Assembly: GCF_003324675.1 (NCBI RefSeq)
Contig: NZ_CP030918.1
Coordinates: 1,470,001 to 1,502,000, forward strand
Direction of reading: 5' to 3'
Source: Paracoccus suum
GTDB taxonomy: Bacteria > Pseudomonadota > Alphaproteobacteria > Rhodobacterales > Rhodobacteraceae
DNA length: 32,000 nucleotides
The notes under the pieces were generated by a model. That model was not told the DNA's origin, did not search any database, and saw only the letters and a program-made list of their open reading frames with translations. Made by a program: the position numbers and the translations under genes. This document shows, one piece after another, positions 26,406 to 32,000 of this stretch (its first letter is position 1; every line of letters starts with the position of its first letter).

Positions 26406-27401
26406 ATGGAACCTTCATTGCTCGGAACGATGTTTCTGGGTCAGCCCGCATGGATGTGGCTGACCTTTCTGGCTGCGGTCGTGGTCTTGCTGGTCTTCGA
26501 TCTCGGCATCCTCAACCGCGGCAACCGCGAGATCGGGGTGCGCCGCAGCCTGTCGCTGTCGGCCATGTATATTGCCCTCGGCGTCGGTTTCGGCGGCTTT
26601 GTCTGGTGGCAACTGGGGCAGGAACGCGCCCTCGAATACCTGACCGGCTTCGTGGTCGAGAAATCGCTGGCGATGGACAACGTGTTCGTCATTGCCATGA
26701 TCTTTGGCGCGCTGGCGATTCCGCGCGCGCTGCAGCACCGCGTGTTGTTCTGGGGAATCCTCGGGGTCATCGTCCTCCGCGGCATCATGATCGGTGTCGG
26801 CGCGACGCTGGTGGCGCGCTACGAATGGATCCTGCTGGTCTTTGCCGCCTTCCTAATCTTCACCGGCGCGCGAATGCTCTGGTCCGACGATCATGAGACC
26901 GACCTTTCCAAGAACCGGGTGTTTAATTGGTTGCGCCGCAACCTGCGCATCACCAACCGCCTGCATGGCGAGCGCTTCTTTGTGCGCCGCGCCGACCGCA
27001 ATGGCCGTCGCCACCTTTATGCCACGCCCCTGTTCCTGGCGCTCGCGATGGTCGAGGTCGCGGACGTCATCTTCGCGGTCGACAGCGTGCCGGCGATCTT
27101 TGCCATCACCACCGACCCCTACATCGTCTATACCAGCAACATCTTTGCCATCCTGGGACTGCGGGCCCTGTATTTTGCGCTAGCTGCGATCATCCACCGC
27201 TTTGCCTACCTCAAGCAGGCGCTGGCGGTGCTGCTGGTATTCATCGGCGGCAAGGTGTTCGTGGCCGAGTTCATGGGTATCGAAAAGGTGCCGCCGGTCG
27301 TCTCGCTGGGCGTGACCTTCGTCATCCTCGCCGCGGGGGTCGGATATTCGCTGTGGCGCACGCGCGAAGATCATGCCACGCCCGGGGTGAACAAGGCGTG
27401 A
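26406..27401 (+). CDS. TerC-family integral membrane protein (Alx/YkoY-like)
   Basis: A GAGAGGGG Shine-Dalgarno lies upstream. The protein is multi-TM with the TerC signature VVEKSLAMDNVFVIAMIF and a second repeat AVDSVPAIFAIT. Confidence 0.88.
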   Translation: MEPSLLGTMFLGQPAWMWLTFLAAVVVLLVFDLGILNRGNREIGVRRSLSLSAMYIALGVGFGGFVWWQLGQERALEYLTGFVVEKSLAMDNVFVIAMIFGALAIPRALQHRVLFWGILGVIVLRGIMIGVGATLVARYEWILLVFAAFLIFTGARMLWSDDHETDLSKNRVFNWLRRNLRITNRLHGERFFVRRADRNGRRHLYATPLFLALAMVEVADVIFAVDSVPAIFAITTDPYIVYTSNIFAILGLRALYFALAAIIHRFAYLKQALAVLLVFIGGKVFVAEFMGIEKVPPVVSLGVTFVILAAGVGYSLWRTREDHATPGVNKA

Positions 27402-27444
27402 ACACGGCCTTCCCACATGCCCCGGACTAGCCTATGTTCGGGGC

Positions 27445-29856
27445 ATGAGCGGATATGACGACAACGATGCCTTCGAGGCGGCGGTAGCCGCGGCCCAAGC
27501 CCCGCGGGTGCCCTTGTCCCAGCGGGCGACGGGGGTCGCGGCCGCGCGTCCGGCCGCCGATTACATGGCCGGTCTCAACGCTGCCCAATGCGCGGCGGTC
27601 GAGGCGCTGGACGGGCCCGTCCTGCTGCTGGCGGGCGCCGGCACGGGCAAGACCCGCGCCCTGACCACCCGCATCGCCCATCTGATCGCCATGGGCCGCG
27701 CACGCCCGGGGGACATCCTGGCGGTGACCTTTACCAACAAGGCCGCGCGCGAAATGAAAGAGCGCATCGCCCGCCTGATGGGCGAGACAGTCGAGGGGAT
27801 GCCATGGCTCGGCACATTTCACTCGATCAGCGTCAAGATCCTGCGCCGCCATGCCGAACTGGTCGGCAGCGGGACGATGCACCTGAAGCCCAGCTTCACC
27901 ATCCTCGATACCGACGATCAGCTGCGCCTGCTCAAGCAACTGATCGCGGCCGAGAATATCGATGAAAAGCGCTGGCCGGCGCGGATGCTCGCCGGGCTGA
28001 TCGACGGCTGGAAGAACCGGGCGTTAACCCCCTCGCGCGTGCCCCCGGGCGAAAGCCACGCCTATGACGGCCGAGGCGCAGCGCTGTATGCTGCCTATCA
28101 AGAGCGGCTGATTGCCCTCAACGCGGTCGATTTCGGTGATCTGCTGCTGCATTGCGTGACCATCTTCCAAGCCCATCCCGACATACTGGCGCGCTGGCAG
28201 CAGCGGTTCAGCTATATCCTGGTGGACGAGTATCAGGACACCAATGCCGCCCAGTATCTGTGGTTGCGGCTGTTGGCGCAGGCGCATCGCAATATCTGCT
28301 GCGTTGGCGATGACGACCAGTCGATCTATGGCTGGCGCGGGGCCGAGGTCGGAAACATCCTGCGCTTCGAGCAGGATTTCCCCGGCGCGCAGGTCATCCG
28401 GCTGGAGCAGAACTATCGCTCGACCCCGCATATCCTCGCCGCCGCCTCGGGGCTGATCGCGTCCAACAAGGGCCGCCTCGGCAAGACCCTGTGGACCGAG
28501 GCCGAGGGAGGTGAGCGCGTGCGCCTGATCGGTCACTGGGACAGCGAAGCCGAGGCGCGTTGGATCGGCGAGGAGATCGAGGCTTTTCACGGCGGCCACC
28601 GCGCTGCCGTCGGCAAGCGCGACCTGAACGACATTGCGATCCTCGTGCGCGCCACCCACCAGATGCGCGCTTTCGAGGACCGCTTCCTGTCCATCGGTCT
28701 GCCCTATCGCGTCATCGGCGGCCCGCGCTTTTACGAGCGCCAGGAAATCCGCGACGCGCTGGCTTATTTCCGCCTCGCCGTGAGCCCGGCCGACGATCTG
28801 GCGTTCGAGCGGGTGGTGAACGTGCCCAAGCGTGGCCTTGGCGAAAAGGCGGTGCAGACCATCCAGCGTGAGGCCCGCGAGCGCGGGCTGTCGCTGCTGG
28901 AGGGGGCGGCTGCCGCCGTGCAGGCCGGGGCGCTGTCCGGCAAGGCGGCGGCTGGGCTGCGCGAATTCGTGCAGGGCATGGGCCGCTGGCATGCCGATGC
29001 CATCGACAGTCAGTCCAGCCATGTCGAGCTGGCCGAACGGATCCTCGACGAATCGGGCTATACCGCGATGTGGCAAAACGACCGCTCGCCCGACGCCCCC
29101 GGCCGCCTCGACAACCTCAAGGAACTGGTCAAGGCGCTGGAAGGATTCGAGAACCTTCAGGGTTTTCTGGAACATATCGCGCTGGTCATGGACGCCGCCG
29201 AGGGCGAGCAGTCCGACGAGGTCAGCATCATGACCCTGCACGCCGCCAAGGGGTTAGAGTTTCCGGTCGTATTCCTGCCCGGTTGGGAGGACGGCCTGTT
29301 CCCCTCGCAACGCAGCATGGACGAGAGCGGGCTGAAGGGCCTCGAGGAGGAGCGGCGGCTCGCCTATGTCGGCATCACCCGGGCCGAAGACCTGGCGACC
29401 ATCAGCTTTGCCGGCAACCGGCGGATGTATGGCCAGTGGCAGTCGTCGCTGCCCTCGCGCTTTGTCGATGAGTTGCCCGAGGATCATGTCGAGGTGCTGA
29501 CCCCGCCTGGCCTTTATGGCGGCGGCTTCGGCGCGGCGATGGCGCAGGCCGGCACGACCTCGATGCACGAGCGCGCGGCCCGGGCCGACGTCTACAACTC
29601 GCCCGGCTGGAAGCGGATGCAGGACCGCGCCGCCGAGCGCGCCGCGCCGGTGCATCGCACCCCGATCGTGATCGATGCCGAGCCGGGCGCGCGCTTTTCA
29701 GTCGGTGACCGGGTCACGCATCCCAAGTTCGGCGAGGGCGAGATCATGGGCATCGCCGAAGATACGCTGACGGTCCAGTTCGAGGCTGGCTTCAAGACCG
29801 TTAAGGCTGCCTATGTGCAGATGGCAGGCGAGGTCGGCGATGACGTTCCGTTCTAG
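27445..29856 (+). CDS. uvrD: UvrD/Rep-family ATP-dependent DNA helicase (DNA helicase II)
   Basis: 803 aa with Walker A AGAGTGKT, the motif II sequence LVDEYQDTN, then GDDDQSIYGWRGA, QNYRS, TLHAAKGLEF and YVGITRA. It has the C-terminal Tudor-like tail (GDRVTHPKFGEGEI). Confidence 0.93.
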   Translation: MSGYDDNDAFEAAVAAAQAPRVPLSQRATGVAAARPAADYMAGLNAAQCAAVEALDGPVLLLAGAGTGKTRALTTRIAHLIAMGRARPGDILAVTFTNKAAREMKERIARLMGETVEGMPWLGTFHSISVKILRRHAELVGSGTMHLKPSFTILDTDDQLRLLKQLIAAENIDEKRWPARMLAGLIDGWKNRALTPSRVPPGESHAYDGRGAALYAAYQERLIALNAVDFGDLLLHCVTIFQAHPDILARWQQRFSYILVDEYQDTNAAQYLWLRLLAQAHRNICCVGDDDQSIYGWRGAEVGNILRFEQDFPGAQVIRLEQNYRSTPHILAAASGLIASNKGRLGKTLWTEAEGGERVRLIGHWDSEAEARWIGEEIEAFHGGHRAAVGKRDLNDIAILVRATHQMRAFEDRFLSIGLPYRVIGGPRFYERQEIRDALAYFRLAVSPADDLAFERVVNVPKRGLGEKAVQTIQREARERGLSLLEGAAAAVQAGALSGKAAAGLREFVQGMGRWHADAIDSQSSHVELAERILDESGYTAMWQNDRSPDAPGRLDNLKELVKALEGFENLQGFLEHIALVMDAAEGEQSDEVSIMTLHAAKGLEFPVVFLPGWEDGLFPSQRSMDESGLKGLEEERRLAYVGITRAEDLATISFAGNRRMYGQWQSSLPSRFVDELPEDHVEVLTPPGLYGGGFGAAMAQAGTTSMHERAARADVYNSPGWKRMQDRAAERAAPVHRTPIVIDAEPGARFSVGDRVTHPKFGEGEIMGIAEDTLTVQFEAGFKTVKAAYVQMAGEVGDDVPF

Positions 29857-29871
29857 CGGTCGGCTACCCGT

Positions 29872-30645
29872 TCAGGCGATGCAGGCAGTCAGCCGCGCCG
29901 CTTCCTCCGCCAGCCCATAGGGCGGGTTCACGACGAACATCCCCGAGCCGATCATGCCGTGGCCTTCGCGAGCCGGCGGAAAGGCCAGTTCGTGGCGCAG
30001 GGCGTCGGGGTGCGCGGCGGCAAGACTGTCCAGCATCTCGGCATGACGGGCTTCCGCCAGAAGTGGGTACCACAGCGCGATCACGCCGACATTCCACTTG
30101 CGGGCGATGCGGTCGACAAAGGCGGGCATGCGGGCGTAGTCCGCCTTGACCTCCCAACTCGGGTCGATCAGCAGCAGCCCGCGCCGCGGCTCGGGCGGGG
30201 CCAGGCGATTTGCCATGGCAAAGCCGTCCTCGAGATGCACATGCGCGCGGCGGCCCATGGTGCGGTTCAGGGCCTCGGCCTCGGCCGGGTGCAGTTCGGC
30301 CAAGTGGATCGGATCGGTGCGCCGCAACAGATGCGCGGCGATCATGGGCGAGCCGGGATAGGCAGTCGCGCCATGCTGCGCGCGGGTGGCGGCGATGGCC
30401 CGGGCCAGCGGGTGATCTACGGCCAGCCAACCGCGCGCCAGGGCGCGGGTTATGCCAGCCTCGGCCTCGCCGGTCCGGAGGGCCTCGGGGCCGGCCAGGT
30501 CATACAACGCGCGCCCGGCATGGGTTTCCAGATAGCTGAGCGGTTTTGGCTTGACTGTCAGGTAGTCCAGCATCCACGCCAGCAGCGCATGCTTGTGGAG
30601 ATCGGCGGCATTTCCGGCGTGGTAGGCATGTTGATAGGACAGCAT
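29872..30645 (-). CDS. rlmJ: 23S rRNA (adenine2030-N6)-methyltransferase
   Basis: ATG at 30645 gives MLSYQHAYHAGNAADLHKHALL, the canonical RlmJ N-terminus, then ETHAGRALYDL and LIDPSWE. A UAAGG Shine-Dalgarno lies 6 nt upstream. The 39 extra codons in the ORF track run into the hairpin array. Confidence 0.88.
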   Translation of the reverse strand: MLSYQHAYHAGNAADLHKHALLAWMLDYLTVKPKPLSYLETHAGRALYDLAGPEALRTGEAEAGITRALARGWLAVDHPLARAIAATRAQHGATAYPGSPMIAAHLLRRTDPIHLAELHPAEAEALNRTMGRRAHVHLEDGFAMANRLAPPEPRRGLLLIDPSWEVKADYARMPAFVDRIARKWNVGVIALWYPLLAEARHAEMLDSLAAAHPDALRHELAFPPAREGHGMIGSGMFVVNPPYGLAEEAARLTACIA

Positions 30646-30667
30646 ATCCCGCCTTACCCCCTTGCAC

Positions 30668-30714
30668 GGCAAAGAAAAAGCGGCGGCGTCTGGGGGAGGA
30701 CCAGACACCGCCGC
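30668..30714 (-). terminator. Intrinsic terminator closing the hairpin array (last hairpin plus U-tract)
   Basis: On the minus-strand RNA a 14-bp stem (one G-U pair) with loop UCCUCCC is followed by UUUUUCUUUGCC (30679 down to 30668). The rlmJ start codon is only about 22 nt beyond the U-tract. Confidence 0.7.
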
Positions 30715-30948
30715 TAAACGCTGATCCGGGGGGAGGACCCGGGCCGCGTAGAGCCGCGACACCGGCCTATGGGGGGAGGGGCCGGGGTCGCTTGGGTGCC
30801 GGACCTCAAGGGGGGAGATCGGTCCGGCGGCACCGGCTTCAGGGGGGAGGACCCTTCAACCGGCGATCTTTTGAGCGGCTACCCCTACAAGGGGGAGGAG
30901 TGGGGCGCCGCCCATGCCCCGGTCCAAGGGGGAGGAGAGTGGACCGGG
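30680..30948 (-). ncRNA. Array of seven C-rich-loop stem-loops (CcsR / 'cuckoo'-like sRNA cluster) in the 3' region of the DUF1127 gene
   Basis: The region has no credible ORF. The seven hairpins, in + coordinates, are 30918-30948, 30877-30909, 30833-30863, 30798-30828, 30762-30785, 30726-30742 and 30680-30714. Every loop reads CCUCCC(CC) or UCCUCCC on the minus-strand RNA. A G-U versus C-A asymmetry and a minus-strand U-tract support the minus orientation. Confidence 0.7.
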
Positions 30949-30956
30949 AAAACTGT

Positions 30957-31184
30957 TCAGAGGGCGAGGCCGTCGGCGGCGTCGCGGGCAACCTGCCGGA
31001 TCGAGCCACGGCTGAGGCCGAGGTCGGCGAGGTCGCGATCGCTCAGCGCACCAAGCTCACGCACTGTCTGGCGATAGATCGAACGACGTGCACGGGCGAC
31101 CCGCAGGTTCTCGAGCATGACGCTGACGCGCGAGGCGACGCCATGCTGGGCGGTGTGGGCGATATTCTGGTCAAACGCGGACAT
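30957..31184 (-). CDS. DUF1127 domain small protein (CcaF1-like)
   Basis: The 75-codon ORF contains RARRSIYRQTVRELGALSDRDLADLGLSRGSI, the typical DUF1127 Arg-rich / L-x-D-I/L-G-L-S-R core. The Shine-Dalgarno is weak. An alternative start is M23 at 31118. Confidence 0.75.
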   Translation of the reverse strand: MSAFDQNIAHTAQHGVASRVSVMLENLRVARARRSIYRQTVRELGALSDRDLADLGLSRGSIRQVARDAADGLAL

Positions 31185-31252
31185 TGGAGCGGACTTTCAA
31201 GTAAAGTTCTGCAGGCTGGCGTTGCCCTCGGGCTTGCTGCTGCGTTGGATCA

Positions 31253-31282
31253 TAGATGGCCTATTTGCTGCAGCTGCACAAT
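31253..31282 (-). promoter_or_regulatory. Candidate sigma32 (RpoH)-type promoter for the DUF1127/sRNA transcript
   Basis: The minus strand reads caTTGtgcagctgcagcaaataggCCATcTAT. The TTG-to-CCAT spacing of 19 nt fits CTTGAAA-N13/14-CCCCATnT geometry. It lies about 70 nt upstream of the DUF1127 ATG. This is pattern match only. Confidence 0.3.
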
Positions 31283-31534
31283 GCCCGTTCAGGCAAAACA
31301 GATATGCATTTCACGCACAAACACTGCGACAAAATGCAGCACGGCCTATCGAAATTGTTATTGAACCGCTCGGTTCCGTCACTATTCCTTCACAAGCCAT
31401 GCAATTAACGCAACGTCAGGTGTACCTGTTGCTGCGTTGCGGCATGGGGTCGAGTGCGCGCCGTTTGCGCCCCTGCACTTGTCGTTGTCGGGCCATGGGC
31501 ACAAGATCGTCCTGAACAGATGTAGGGGTGCGAC

Positions 31535-32000
31535 ATGACGATCAGCCGCGACGAGGTGATGGCCGTGCTTGATCAGATCGCGGTCGAAGGGGGCGGCACG
31601 CTCGCCTCGCGTGATCTGGTGCGCGCACTGTCCGTAGAGGGCGGCGCGGTCCGCTTTGTGATCGAGGTGCCAGACGCCGCGGCGGCAACCGCCATGCAAC
31701 CGGCCGAGGCCGAGGCCCGCGCCCGGCTAGAGGCGCTGGCGGGCGTTTCGCAGGTCAGCATTGTGACCACCGCCCCTACCGTGCGCGAATCCGGACGCGG
31801 CGCGGCGCCCGACCTCAAGATCGGCCGCCACCCGACCCCGCAGACGGGTCCCGAGCCCGTGCCGGGCGTCGGTCGCATTTTGGTCGTCGGCTCAGGCAAG
31901 GGCGGGGTCGGCAAGTCGACGCTGACCGCCAACCTCGCCGTTGCTCTGGCGCGGCAGGGGCGGCGGGTGGGGCTGCTGGACGCGGACATCTATGGCCCGT
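31535..32000 (+). CDS. apbC: Mrp/ApbC/NBP35-family Fe-S cluster carrier ATPase, 3'-truncated by the window edge
   Basis: I translated this by hand because it is not in the ORF track (no stop codon before the window end). ATG at 31535 has an AGGGG Shine-Dalgarno. The protein begins [45 protein letters not shown], a DUF59/MIP18-like N-domain, followed by the deviant Walker [26 protein letters not shown] and LLDADIYGP. Confidence 0.88.
   Translation, partial: MTISRDEVMAVLDQIAVEGGGTLASRDLVRALSVEGGAVRFVIEVPDAAAATAMQPAEAEARARLEALAGVSQVSIVTTAPTVRESGRGAAPDLKIGRHPTPQTGPEPVPGVGRILVVGSGKGGVGKSTLTANLAVALARQGRRVGLLDADIYGP

Noticed and set aside
27402-27444. An alphaproteobacterial LexA box (GTTC-N7-GTTC) upstream of uvrD.
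   Set aside because: Only a single GTTC is present (in ATGTTCGG), with no partner at the required spacing. The GCCCCG...CGGGGC inverted repeat there overlaps the start region but has no known meaning.
30771-30796. A canonical G-quadruplex motif on the + strand (G6-A-G4-CC-G4-TCGCTT-G3), together with seven G5-6 runs across the array.
   Set aside because: It is real at sequence level. However, the G-runs are more simply explained as complements of the C-rich sRNA loops, since each is centred in a hairpin loop with a complementary flanking stem. The other runs are too far apart for canonical G4 formation. I keep it only as an alternative to test.
30650-30960. The repeated GGGGGAGG region considered as a CRISPR array, or as Gly-rich coding sequence (ORFs 30769-31077 and 30792-31364 on the + strand).
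   Set aside because: The shared element is only 7-9 nt and sits in hairpin loops rather than in 25-40 nt direct repeats. The spacing is irregular and there are no cas genes. The + strand ORFs are poly-Gly/Arg read-throughs of the G-runs, with no start context. The structured-RNA interpretation fits better.

Overview
High-GC alphaproteobacterial chromosomal segment. Gene content and protein signatures look Paracoccus/Rhodobacterales-like, but the taxon is inference. It is almost entirely housekeeping and core-metabolic genes, and I saw no integrase, transposase, tRNA, rRNA, CRISPR array or cas gene. Gene order, with strand in brackets: amidase (+, 5'-partial), mrcA/PBP1A (+), prfB (+), PAP2 phosphatase (-), then a translationally coupled minus-strand block pth > DUF2332 > DUF2237 > secreted DUF4893-like. 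Next come clpP-clpX (+, strong terminator), gatB (-), an SLT-domain lytic transglycosylase (+) and a LysE/ArgO exporter (+). A compact sulfur-oxidation locus follows: soxS-soxR (-) facing soxXYZABCD (+). After it are ada (+), an alpha/beta hydrolase (-), metZ (+), folE2 (+), a TerC-family protein (+), uvrD (+), rlmJ (-), a DUF1127 small protein (-) and mrp/apbC (+, 3'-partial, absent from the ORF track because it runs off the window). The most interesting non-ORF signal is at 30.65-30.95 kb. Seven stem-loops there all present a CCUCCC(CC) loop on the minus-strand transcript, directly downstream of the DUF1127 gene and ending in an intrinsic terminator about 30 nt before rlmJ. This matches the CcsR/'cuckoo' sRNA architecture known from Rhodobacter sphaeroides. 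Here the loops are also perfectly complementary to an 8-mer in the rlmJ leader. Secondary points are: the sox locus has no soxVW or soxEFGH in the window; a textbook intrinsic terminator plus AT-rich island sits between soxA and soxB; SoxY and SoxD carry long Ala/Pro low-complexity inserts; and three conserved proteins of unknown function are coupled to pth by 4-nt overlaps. Most long ORFs in the six-frame track that overlap these genes in other frames or on the opposite strand are high-GC artefacts.
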